Of a DNA stretch of 64,000 bases, positions 52,640 to 64,000 are shown piece by piece. The notes under the pieces were generated by a model. It did not search any database, had not been told where the DNA came from, and worked only from the letters and a program-made list of their open reading frames with translations. The stretch covers positions 1,546,657 to 1,610,656 of the forward strand of contig RDEW01000005.1 in NCBI GenBank assembly GCA_011109175.1. Direction: 5' to 3'. The number at the start of each line of letters is the position of its first letter. The stretch's first letter is position 1. The translations under genes were made by a program, and so were the position numbers. The DNA comes from Dicyema japonicum (lineage: Eukaryota; Animalia; Dicyemida).

Positions 52640-52900
52640 TTATGACCTGCAGGCATTGAGCACGCAATGGAAGTTACCTCTCATAATCGTGAGTCCAATG
52701 TTCTGGAAAGGCCATTGGGTCATTCTAAGTTCACTCTTCCAGTTTCCCGAAAGCCATTTGATTAACCTGATAAACTCAGACGTGCTCAGGACAATAAAGC
52801 CGGACATTTCAACGGAGATCAGCTGGAAGACACAGTGCCATGATACTTCATTTTTTTCAAATCTTTAACAGTGTTCGTTGTGGAACCCACGCGCAACGAT
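52640..52900 (-). mobile_element. CRE 3' fragment
   Basis: SVEMSGFI...QWPFQNIGLTIMRGNFHCVL. Confidence 0.75.
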
Positions 52901-53189
52901 GACTTAGCATAATTAAAGTATAATTATTGATTTTGATTCATTACGTCAACTTCATTTCGTATCATACAATCCTATCATTCCTACTCCTATAAGCACGGTC
53001 AAATGTATTCAATCCTTTTAGGGGTCTCACCTTATCAACGCTGATTAGATATCAAAATGAAGGCGATCTGTCCATAATAAACTTTGGACTCTCCCTAAGA
53101 ACTCAGGTAAGTCTGATTACTTTGATAATAACTGAAAGTCTCTAAGCTCATTAAAAATGTAAGGGAATAGCAAATATCTAATTATTCGA

Positions 53190-53633
53190 TCAAAAGCTTC
53201 CGAATACACTTTCCTTAGCATAATAAATGTATAATAGGTCATCATCTTCTTTGTACCTGGTATAAAGCTGGCCCATTGTAGAACTACGAACTTAAAAAGT
53301 GCGGGCACTTGAGGGAAGGGACAATATTCCCTATCTTCAGATAAATAGCAGAGCTTGAATCCAAATTAAGTCTGCTCCGAACGAGGTTGCAAACATTTTC
53401 AAGGGGGATGCGACGACTGATTATGAACCTTCGTTTCTCAATCGTAATCAGTTCATCAGAAAATTTGACTGGCTCAATGATCACCTTAAAATAAAGGTAT
53501 TTTAATACCGGAACTTTCTCGGGATAAGCTTCCAGTGAGGCCTGTGCCTTTGCCTTCCGTTTCTCTTAAAATAGTAAAATTTGTGAAAACTACCGAAATC
53601 GTAAGCTTCTTTATATCTTAAATTATGCGCCAT
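53190..53633 (-). CDS. ATG8: ATG8/GABARAP/LC3-family ubiquitin-like autophagy protein, 3 introns (29, 24, 25 nt)
   Basis: Spliced MAHNLRYKEAYDFEKR...YPEKVPVIIE...STMGQLY...DDDLLYIYNAKESVFG-SF*, with the C-terminal glycine. Confidence 0.88.
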
Positions 53634-53759
53634 TGAGAATTGATTTTTATATTTTATTAATTAAATTTTGAAATTAATTATACTAATATATATATTAATT
53701 AATAATTAATATATAAATCGCACCCTCGTTGATAAACACTGATCAATTGGCAATTGGCG

Positions 53760-53837
53760 TGGCGTTATGTGGTTCACCGATTCTGTAAGTTGTGGTAACG
53801 CCCAGAGAGCACCCTAATGCTCCTTCAAAGAGAACCA
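53760..53837 (+). ncRNA. HDV-like pseudoknot motif with expanded L3
   Basis: P1 GGCGTT/AACGCC, P2 TGGTTC/GAACCA, P3 ACC/GGT, P4 GAGCA/TGCTC. Confidence 0.65.
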
Positions 53838-55447
53838 TTAAACATCTACCTCCGAGGAAACTGTCTCACATGAAACAACAAATGGGAAAATTACCTTTGT
53901 GAACGTCTATGTGTCCCCACCTGGTTCTTGCCCGAAGCACTACAATATGCCAAATTTATCTACCTTGGTTCTTTGAACGACGTGATTATTGGCGGGGATA
54001 TCAACGCAAAATACCCTCTGTGGCTGGCAAGTCAACCGTCCGACTCAAGAGGATAAGTACTACTTTCGCAGACAGGACCTTTCACGGTCATGAATGACCC
54101 GTCAAAACATACGAGAACCCCCTTCAGGGAGTCAGACCAACCAACTTCTCCAGACATCACGCTTTGTTCTCCCGGCCAGGCGGCAATATCGACTTGGTCA
54201 GTCACCTACAACTCAAGAAGCGACCATAATTCTTTCCTTTTAAAGATCAAGAGAGAAACGTCAACTAGTATGAGATCCTCAGAACAATTCAACTACAAAC
54301 GCGTAGAATGGAGACTTCACCGTACACTTACTGATAATCTACTGCAGTACATGGATGGCATTACTTCCATGGACAAAATAGTCACTTATGTAAACCGCAC
54401 TATCTTGGATGCGAGATCACCTAAACTACACCAGGGATATGGCAGGTCGACATTAACCAAGGATAGAAACAAACTCAAAAAGTCTGGCTTATTAACTACT
54501 GAGGATATGTTTAGACTGAAGGCTGTGAACAATGAACTAAAAAACAGAGGCAAGAGCACAAATATCAAGATTGAGGCATGTGTTCTCCTCGTTAAATAGA
54601 AATAGATCTACTACTGAAATTTGGAAGACCATCCGAGACGCCTCAAGAGAGGATGAAAGATCGTCCGAGATGGATCACAGCCAAAAGGACTTAAACAACC
54701 TAATAAAATACTATGTGAAAATATCCCATAAAGACCATAAGAAGTCGGATGTATCCCCGAAATATCTCAGTAAACTGAAAAAGGAACCGGATACGATTCA
54801 CTTTACGGAAAACGACGTGAGATATGCATTGAAAGCCATTAAAACAACCTATTCTAACGGATCCCAATGATCCTCCTAAAGAATCTGGGAGACTATGGAA
54901 TCGCTGCATTAACGAGGATATTCAACCACTCTATTAACAAAAATTCTATTCCAGCCTTATGGAAGCTTGCCCACCTACGTCCAATTGTGAAACTCGGTAA
55001 TGTGCAGAAGGACCTAGCTTCGTACAGACCGGTCGCGTTATTGTGTTCGGTGTTGAAAATTCTGGAAAAATTAGTTCTTGTGAAAATCAAAAATTTCCTC
55101 CCGGATTCGTCATTTCAATATGATTTAAGAAAAGGAGAGGTCTACTTCGACTCACTTATCTGTAATTACTAACTTTATACGATATGGTTTCTCGCACAGG
55201 CCGGGGGACACATAAAGACTGTACTTTGCTCCATAGACGTCCACACAGCTTTTGACTCTGTGTCAAGGAGGATTCTTACTTGGAAATTTTACCAAACAAA
55301 GATCCTTGAAAAGCTCAATCTCTGGCTAGCTAACTTCCTTAGTGGTCGGGGACGCGTCTGCATTGGCCAGTCAAGGTCTATTTCACGGCTTCTCCCTAAT
55401 GAGGTTCCCCAAGGTTCCCCAAGGATCCCCTTTGTCCCCAGTTTTAT

Positions 55448-55760
55448 TTATTAACCCCGGATACACTGAGAAAGAAGTTAAAATAAACAACTAATTAAGT
55501 GTATCCAGTTTCCACTTTTACAAAGACAGAGTCCATCCGGAATCAGCATAAAGGGTAAGACGTCCATTACATGCAGTTGTGGAAACCCCTCCAGTGTAGT
55601 GGGGAAGAGCAAATGATCCTTTTTCGTGCCGGCCTGGCACTGGGCGTCACCTAGACAGGTGGATCACATGACGCCACTTTAATAGGAAGAGAGAGGAGAA
55701 ACAGACAAACAAACATAAAACTTAAACCAATTAGCCACGAAACACCACGCGGCGTAATCA
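55448..55760 (-). mobile_element. Non-autonomous bipartite Vingi-like derivative inserted antisense into RT
   Basis: Interrupts GSPLSPVLF / ILTYADD; contains the motif at 55614-55676 (P1 GGCGTC/GACGCC, P2 TGATCC/GGATCA, P4 GTGCC/GGCAC). Confidence 0.85.
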
Positions 55761-56559
55761 GAATTGATATTATTCTAACTTATGCCGACGACATCGTCAT
55801 TGCGTCACGCGGTCAGGACATCCAGATTGCCACTTCGAAATTGCAAGAAAACCTGGACCGTCTTGACGAATGACTATCGAAGAATCGCCTAACTACTAGC
55901 AGTGAAAGTCCGTCACAACCCTATTTACTTCAGACAAAAGACTGAAAAGATGAACGGTCGAACTGAAGGCAAACAATGAAGCTATTCCTTTGAGGACATC
56001 CTAAAGGATCCTTGGGGTGACTTTTGACATGCATATGTCATTCTCTCCCCATGTTGAAAACGTAATTACGAAATGCGAAAAGAAAACTAATGTTCTGAAA
56101 TGCCTCACAGGCTTATGGAAGATCGAAAAGCATTCTGTTTTTACCACGGTATATAAACAATTCATTGAACCATATATCTCTTATGCATGTGGTATATGGG
56201 GTCCACTCATCTCTTGGACGAATGTCTTGAAGATCGAGGCTAGCCGGAGAAGAGCCTCCTAAATCACGGAACGCTGGATTTCTGGAGAACTCCAGCCACC
56301 AATGCCTCTTGAAGCCTTGATAAGAATGAACCACAGAACACGCCGTCGTGACTGCGAAGATCCAATCACTCGACCGATACGTGCTTGTGTGGGGACGAGG
56401 GAGAAGCATCGGGCCAAGATGAGGTCCCTGCTAGAGCGTGCTGGGATCACGTGATTAGTTAGTTTGTATAACGTGACTCTGGTGTTATTATTATTAAATG
56501 GTTTGTTTGTATAATTCACGTGTTCCTTAATAATTTGATAGCCAGTCAAACTCAGACGG

Positions 56560-57560
56560 TCCTGCCGATCCTGCCGAACAGAGGAAGCTAGATAAACATT
56601 CTGCGCTGGGGAATCGTTTCCTCTTGGTCACAATTGCGTTTAAGACTTCGGGTATAGTTGGGCCTGCCACCTGAGATTGTTCTCCGAGAGATTGCTCCTA
56701 GTCTCAATGGACATGAAAATAACTATTTTCTCCCTCTACCTCTTCACATTTTGAATGGGAACTGCGTGACTTAGTGGTGGGAAATCGGGATAATCCAAGA
56801 TACAAAGTTAACTAAATCAATCCCATCTTTTGTTTCTCGGGTTATGTGGTAGCCCGCAAAGGCCTGAACAGAGTCTGAGGGAGCTTCCTACAATTGTTAG
56901 AATTTGATTGTCATTCTCGAATGTTACCCATCATGTCTTCGGGTTGTGTGGGGGCGACGAAACATTAGAGCAGATCTCTATCAGTAAGCCTATCTTCATG
57001 AATGTTTATATTCCGCTCAAAGGGACATGTCCCCAGTCTTACATTCCCAAAATGTCGAGCTTCGAGAATTAAAGATCTAATTCATCTGTTGTGATCTGAA
57101 CTGGAGACATCCACAATGGCTCAGCACACAATATACAGTTACCCCGACAATAAAGAATAGAGAAACTCGCTAACAAGCTTATCAATTACTATCTATCAAT
57201 AAGTTACAAAAACCATTCAGTCCTTTATGATCAATAATCTCCCATAAAGTAAATGTCAATTCCTAGTAAGACTTTTTTCACTCCCGAACAAGTGTGGAAG
57301 ATAATTGGATCCTTACGGAAATTCTATTCCCGTTGGAGTATCTTCATGTCTCCTAAAGTACTTGGGTCCAAGGCGAGATTGATTCTGACGAACATATAAA
57401 ACTTCTCTGTGAATGCGCACACCCTCCCCAATATCTGTAAAAATTCGATAATTAAAGGGTTTTCAAGACTAAGTGAGAATTGTATCACAACAATCCGAAA
57501 ATGTTTAACATCAAAGCGAGAATCTGTCACATCAATCCGAGAAATTTAACATCTAGGCTA
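56560..57560 (+). mobile_element. CRE tail (about 56560-56770) followed by Vingi-like APE/RT fragments (about 56800-57560)
   Basis: KHSALGNRF..IAFKTSGIVGP; QDTKL, VFMNVYIP, LKYLGP. Confidence 0.6.
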
Positions 57561-57589
57561 GATCACATTTACTAGCCACGTGACCACTT

Positions 57590-59171
57590 CGCTCTATTTT
57601 ATATCTTCTCAGTTTCGTTAACTTTGTGTATTTGCAAGTCAAACATTTTCTAAAAATCTTGATGTTCCATTAAAAACAGTGTATCGGATCATAGCGGAAT
57701 TCAAAAAAATATTGAAAAATTTTTAACAAACCTGAAGGATGTGCAAAAAACATCAAGAAAACTGACAAAATATCTGACTTCATATGAGAAAGAATGAGCT
57801 CTTTTATTGGCAATTGAAAAGGGCCTCCAAGAAACTGGAAGTGTTGACTGTGAATTGTGTATGAAAATGATTAATGAAATCAGTATATTAATTCATTATT
57901 TTTTTCTTAAAATTGTGATTTTGGTTGGTTTTTTAAAAATTTTTCGGATGCTCACAGTGATGTGAGTGTTCTCACTTAGACTTGAAAACTATCCTTATTC
58001 TAAAACAGGGTTCGTTAGGCTTTTTGGCTTCGTGGGCAAAAAATTTATTTTTTATGAGAAAATTTATTAAATTAAAAAAAGTGAATTTATTTTTTAATAA
58101 AGAATTAATGTCAACGTTAATGTATCGTTAATATGCGAATCATTCATCCTCGTTCTTAGACAATTGTTTACATTATTCATTTTGGAGAATAACTGTTTGC
58201 ATAAAGATGTGCTTCCAAATATAGAAGCAGATTAAATATGGATTTTTTACACATACAACATTTTTGTAGAAGCTCTAAATATCCAATCATAAAAATATTT
58301 TGATTTAAGTGTAGTGTCGCATTGCATTTCAAGTAATTCTTTTGATAACAATCTGATGCTGTCTCAGTGTCAAATGGGATTAAAAAATGTAAAAGAATTT
58401 TATGAACTTAAAAAATTAATATATAAACATTTTACTCTTAAATCTATAAAACGTGGTGAAAATTCTAATCTCAATTCCATCACTATTTTTGCATATTCAT
58501 GATCATCGGTAGATTCGTAGAAAGAAAATTCACAAAATGCGTCAATTTTTTTTATAACTGTAATTCTCACAACTTCAATTTCTTTTCAAAAGCAGTGATT
58601 TGGGAATGGGAATACAATCTTACAAATCATCTTTTTCAGTCTGCTTAAAAAATGGGTCTAGGAGACTACGTTTTTCAGCAGGATAACCCACCAAGCCACA
58701 CAGCAAGGGTCGTAAAAGAGTTTTTTTAATGAAAAACAAATTAAACAAATCAAGTAGCCCACTCAGTCTCCGGATTTAAACCTCATCGAGAATTTGTGGA
58801 GTCACGTAAAAAGAGTAACGTACAAAAGCAATTACGGGACCATAAATGACTTGAAGATGGAGGTTTTAAGAGTTTGGGAGGAAATTCCACGAAGTATAAC
58901 AGAGAAACTCATTATTTTAGTGAAAAACGCTTTTGGCACGTATATTCGGCACATAGTGGACACACAAAATATTTAAAAATCAAATGTACGATTTTCATTG
59001 ATCAGTAAATATAAAAAATTTCCTGATTGTTCCGTAATTAGGAATTTAATGATGATAAAAAACTCATTGAAGCTCTATATTTAAGATAAAAGTCGGAATT
59101 AATAAAAAAATGAAACTATTTCCTTTAAAAAATTGAGAACTTAAGTGTACAATTTTTTATGCTAAGCACTG
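57590..59171 (+). mobile_element. Degenerate Tc1/mariner element
   Basis: FQQDNPPSHTA, QSPDLNLIENLWSHVK; candidate right TIR ending CACTG at 59171; left TIR not found. Confidence 0.75.
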
Positions 59172-59179
59172 CATATACA

Positions 59180-60990
59180 ATCTTGCAAATTGGCAATTAT
59201 TCCAATCAGTTACCAACATTTGGCTAATATACAGCTGGAAAACTATACCTCCCTTGATATAGTGGTTGCCTACGTCAACAAAGTCATCCTGGAAGCAAGA
59301 ACAATGACTGTCCCTAAAAGATATGTCGTTTACACGAGAGAGTACGGAAGGAAGGCTCTGGTCAATGAACGGATCCGTTTCAAAATAGCAGGGATCTGTT
59401 CTTCCGAAGCAAAGATCTGTCTAAAAGTGCTGAAGAGGAAATAAAAGCCAATGAATTCAAAATACAGAGAGCTAGTAGAAGATGGTCCTTACGGCACTAA
59501 ATCGTAGCCGGTCAACATCCGAAGTCTGGCAGACAATTCGAAATATCTCGAAGGTGGATGAGAGAAAAACCCGGAATGACGAATTCAGCCAAAAGGACCT
59601 AAACTCCCTAATAAAATACTACGCGAAAATCTCTCACAAAAACCACATAGGACTGACCTACCAAAACCGCCGCTAAGAAACCCGAAAAAAAGATCAATTA
59701 ACTTATTTTACGGAAAAGGAGGTAATGGCATTCCTAAGCCAAACAAAAGTAACACATTTTCATGGTCCAGACGGAATTCCCATAATCCTCATAAAAAACT
59801 AGGCAATGAAGGAATCGGTACCCTGACCAAAATCTACAACTGGTCGATTAATTATAACACAATCCCAACGATATGGAAACTTGCAAACATTCGCCCAGTA
59901 TTGAAGCCAGGAAAACCGAAAGAAGACCCAGCTTCCTTCAAATTCTGGAAAAGCTTATCCTCGCAAAAATCATTGAAAGGACTCCCGATAAACCGTTCCA
60001 GCATGATTTCAAAAAGGATCAGTCCACAACGAGCTTCCTCACACCCCGACTAACCTCATTCGCTCTGGATTTCTGTGCAAGCCAAGACACTAGAAAACTG
60101 TGTTATGCTCACTGGACGTCCACAAAGCTTTTGACTCTGCGCCGAGGAAGAATTTAACATGGAAAATCTACCAATCAGATATCCCTGAAAACCTCAAACG
60201 CTGGCTGATGAACTTCCTTAGCGGACGAAGAGGTAGAGTGTGCATTGGAAACATTCATTCTGTCTCTCGTTTATTCCCAAATGAGTACCCCAAAGCTCGC
60301 CGCTATCACCATTACTATTCAACCTATTTACGGTGACATTCCGCGCCGAATGGAGAAGACGACCTGCTTCTGGCTTACGCAGACGATTCCTCTTAGCCTC
60401 ACGGAATCAGAACACCCAAACAGCGACGGAAGAATACAACACCAATGGATCGACTACTCGAGTGGTTTAATAAAATCGGATGTTACTCATTACCGGAAAA
60501 TCTGTTACAACTCTATACCTCGGACAAAAGATTGTCGAACAGGACAATAGAAGTTACTGCGGAGAGAAGAGAATTGCCGTTCAGCAAATGGCAAAAAATA
60601 TTGGGTCTGACTTTCGCACCATATACTTAAAACGCTCTACTCACAGTACATCGAACCATGCATTTCATTTGCGTGTACTTCATGAGGACCACTGGGTTTC
60701 TTATACGACCTATCCAGTAAATCTCCGGAACCCAGGAAAGGGCCTTCAAACTAACGGAGAGATGGTATACAAGGAAATACATTAAATCACCGACGCCCAT
60801 AGAAAAACTAATCGAAAAAAACAAGAATGGACACCAATGCCAAAAAGAAAGTGCTCGTTTGCAACGAACTTGTGTAGGCTCAAGGGATCAACATCGAGCA
60901 AAGATGAGAGCCTTGATCCAATTCGTCGGGATCACTTAGTTTAGTTTTTTTCAGTTTAACAGTGGTCTTTGGAATTAATTAATTGTTAAA
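59180..60990 (+). mobile_element. 5'-truncated Vingi-like LINE
   Basis: SLDVHKAFDSA, LKRWLMNFLSGRRGRVCIG, YADD, ORF end GGGATCACTTAG. Confidence 0.85.
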
Positions 60991-61617
60991 TAAAACGTGT
61001 TTCATATTAAGTCAACGTAAACCATAATTAAGTCATAATAAAGTAATTTTGTTCCACATCGAGGTTTTTTATCAGAAAGAGTATTTTCCATATCTACGCC
61101 AATCCTACCAAGAGTTCAAAAATCTGAGGGTCTTCAAAAAACCAACGTGAGGTTTTTCCCGAATCGAGATCAGACTGTATTTATTAATTAAAAATTTTTT
61201 CAAATACCAAGGGTAAAACCAAACTAGCTAATTCCTTGATCCTTACACGCTCCGACTGAACTTCCACCCAAGCACAGTGGTCCAAAGGACGTTGTCTGGA
61301 GAGCTGATGTCGATTCTATAACTCGTCCTCCAGGAAGTGAAATCGTCTCCCGGTGGAATAAATATATGGATCTTTTTGAATGTCGGCAAGGCATTACGAT
61401 TCCTGAGTATGGTAGATCCAATGATGCCACCAGAGAAAAAGATGAAAAATCTTCAATCAATTGGCCACATGACAACACGCGGCCATCGACCAAAACGAGG
61501 TTTAAACACAAAAAAGTTAACAAGTTATTTTATTGTTTTTACAAAATGGTTAATTCTAAAAACGTGTTATTAAATAATAAAGTAGGATAAAAAATTAAAG
61601 CATTAAAAATAATAAAA

Positions 61618-63128
61618 TTATTCATCTTCCTTTATAACGTGCTTCATCCTCTCACTAACAAATGGGACTTGACCTGGTCGACTGTGAGCTCTTCTATTTC
61701 TTTCCCTAAAAATAAATAGAAATTCAGACTTTCTCTTGTTATTTTCTCTAATGAATCTGTTCTCACGAGCATTCTTGTATATCAGGCGGGGGATATGACG
61801 GTGACGATGTATTCTCCTCACTTGAGGGAAATCCCCGTACTTCTCTTTCAACGAATTGTTGTAATTCACAGCAAGTTTCTCACGTGGTTTCATCTGATGA
61901 GATGACAACGTAAAAATACAATTCCCAGTTTTTCCGACGCACATGCTTTCCAAATCCTCACATTAGTCTCTCTGAGGCTGAAAATATAAACTTAGAGTCC
62001 AACGACCACTTGACTCTAAACACCTTCTGCATTCTCTTTGTGTGGTAAATCTCCCTTTAAATCAGCCACAATGATTCCTAACCTCGAACTTCCAGAGTTT
62101 ATGTCGAAAATTCTGATGCTCTTGTCATAGCCAGCAGAAACCAACTCTCGCCCAGTGGGACTGTAGTCCACGTCAAAACTGAGAACTCAAACTTAAAACA
62201 AACCAGCAGCCACGTGCCCATATGACGTTGTATGGTCTACCCATGCAACGAATGTCAAATGTGTAGAGATTATAGTCCTCATTAGCCACAGTCAACATGA
62301 AGGGTTCCATGGGATTCCAGCACAATCTGTTTGACCTCATCTGCGTGGTTATCTAGTCGAATAAATAAGAAAGGAGACTTTTCTGAGTGGATTGGCTGCT
62401 CGGATGTCGTACAGTGTTATGCAACGGTCAGAAGCCACAGAAGCGACGTAGTTAGTCTCGGTGAGATTAAACTTGACGTCATTGATACTATCATCTCCCC
62501 ATGTGAATTCCCTCAAAGGTTCATCCCTGCTCTCGTCCCACAAAGATACTGAGTTACCACAGCAAACAAAGATATCTTCTTTATAGTGATGATCCATTCC
62601 GAGCAAAATATCTCTTGAAAGAATTTTGTGGACAGCTTGATCCCCCCCTTGCAGATCCCAACGGTTTATAACGTTATCAGTTCCACACTAATAAGAATGA
62701 AAAACAGAGTAAAAATAACGGCATCGACCCAAAGCAGATTCCATTGACACAGCCAACGTGGGCATCCTTAAAACTCGAAGACAGCTTCTTTGAGCAACAT
62801 TCCATTGACGAATCTCCATGAAATACAAAGGAAACCTCACCATCGAATGAACCAGTAAGGAGAATGGAAAGATCTGTGGGACTGCATGTGATCGAATTGA
62901 TTGAGTCACTGTGGCCTGCAGATCCCCAATGAAAGGTTTCGCAAAGACACGTTCCAGTTTGACTGCATTTAGAGCACGTGTGTATTCACGGGCCATTTCA
63001 AAAGGGTGCAATTTTGGGTCATAATTACGATGGACTTAAATTAATAAAGTTAAACTACTCTTATGGACATCTTTCTTAGTGTCACGGGTGTATTCGTTAG
63101 GATCACGATTTAAAACACGAATCCTCAT
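61618..63128 (-). CDS. DCAF13: DDB1- and CUL4-associated factor 13 / Sof1 (WD40, SSU processome)
   Basis: MRIRVLNRDPNEY, RNYDPKLHPFEMAREYTRALNAVKLERVFAKPF, WGDDSINDVKFN, EKYGDFPQVRRIHRHRHIP. Homopolymer deletion at about 62915. Confidence 0.95.
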
Positions 63129-63249
63129 TAGATAATAAAATGAACGTGCTTATTTTAAATTTTGATTTATATATATTTATAAATAACACTTTATTAAACC
63201 AACTAAAAAAGTTACTATTTAAAAGTAAATAAATAAAATTACTGTTTAA

Positions 63250-63655
63250 TCATTAGCAACCTTCATCGCCTACCTGTTCTCCAGTTTCCTCGGGCAGGTT
63301 GAATTCTGTTTGCTTGGAAAGCTTCGAGACCGTATTTTCCAATTGAGCCCTCTGCCCATATGGCATTTCTTGGCTCTGCCTCCTGCACTCCAATGTAAGG
63401 CTCTCTGGGGTTGCTCTAAAACAGTGGAATGTAGGTAGTCCTGGAGCTTCCAATCTACTTTTAGCTGTCTTATATACTCCCTGTAATACTTAGTTCTAAT
63501 TCCTCCCACGTCATTACTGTCGGAATAACGAGGAGCTTGCAAACAAACATCTGCTCCATCTCGTTTGCAAGCAATTCATACTTCCTTTTTTCTCCACCCC
63601 CACAGTTTCACGTGGTAAATATAGCCTCTCCTTACTGTCTGCCAGCACATGGACT
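63250..63655 (-). mobile_element. Internally deleted R4/Dong-like 3' fragment
   Basis: ERLYLPRE fused to VEKKRKYELLANEM, then VIPTVMTW.GI. Confidence 0.75.
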
Positions 63656-63769
63656 ATATATTTATAATAAAATTAATTTTTACTATAAATAAAACTTATA
63701 CTAAATTCTTTACGGAAAGTTCTTACAAATATTGTGCTGGAACCAATAAAAGGACTCGTTTACAAATAC

Positions 63770-64000
63770 TTAATAGAAAGCCAAAGATGGAGGTGTGCAA
63801 CACATCAAAAATAAAATAACGCCATCAACATTCTGGGGATAGACTTATCAAGATTCTTTGACATGGTTAACAGGCATAAACTAGTGGGGGTAGTGGAACA
63901 ATCCCTTTATAAGAATATCCTAAGAATTATTGAATTTTACTCTCCAATACAAAGCTCTTTGTATAAGTCGGAAAGACCTATATGTTGTCCAATTAAGTCG
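63770..64000 (+). mobile_element. RTE-like RT fragment, runs off the window
   Basis: ILGIDLSRFFDMVNRHKL. Confidence 0.5.

Larger units (their letters stand above)
53760..56500 (+). mobile_element. Vingi-like LINE, near full length, decayed, with a nested insertion in RT
   Basis: 5' motif, APE (TSPDITL, SDHN), RT (SYRPVALLC, VPQGSP, YADD), ORF end GIT*, TTA tail. Confidence 0.85.

Noticed and set aside
52461-52680. MITE-like inverted repeat of about 35 bp
   Set aside because: Explained by two convergent CRE 3' tails.
61224-61590. Short ORFs convergent with DCAF13
   Set aside because: No recognisable homology or start; may be a gene remnant but unsupported.

Overview
AT-rich animal genomic DNA with a standard genetic code. 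Compact housekeeping and regulatory genes sit as islands among dense, mostly decayed transposons. Recognisable genes are OLA1, UBE2J1, RNF113A, an AhR-like bHLH-PAS, a HIPK-like kinase, RAB28, DARS1, an LDB-family gene, an ATG8-family gene and DCAF13; almost all their introns are 21-31 nt. Animal-specific genes, a cilia-associated Rab and such tiny introns point to a dicyemid-like reduced animal (inference). Single-base indels in homopolymers break several essential genes, so the assembly is probably unpolished. Mobile DNA includes many CRE-clade fragments, Vingi/Ingi-like APE-RT LINEs, RTE fragments, R4/Dong-like elements (one with an uninterrupted 772-aa ORF), hAT, pogo, Tc1, an intron-containing Ginger-like integrase and a tRNA-derived SINE. 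The most notable signal is an HDV-like nested-pseudoknot motif, supported by covariation, at the 5' end of the Vingi-like LINEs. In one full-length copy a 5-bp target-site duplication places the element start at the predicted self-cleavage site. Short non-autonomous elements join this motif to the LINE 3' UTR.
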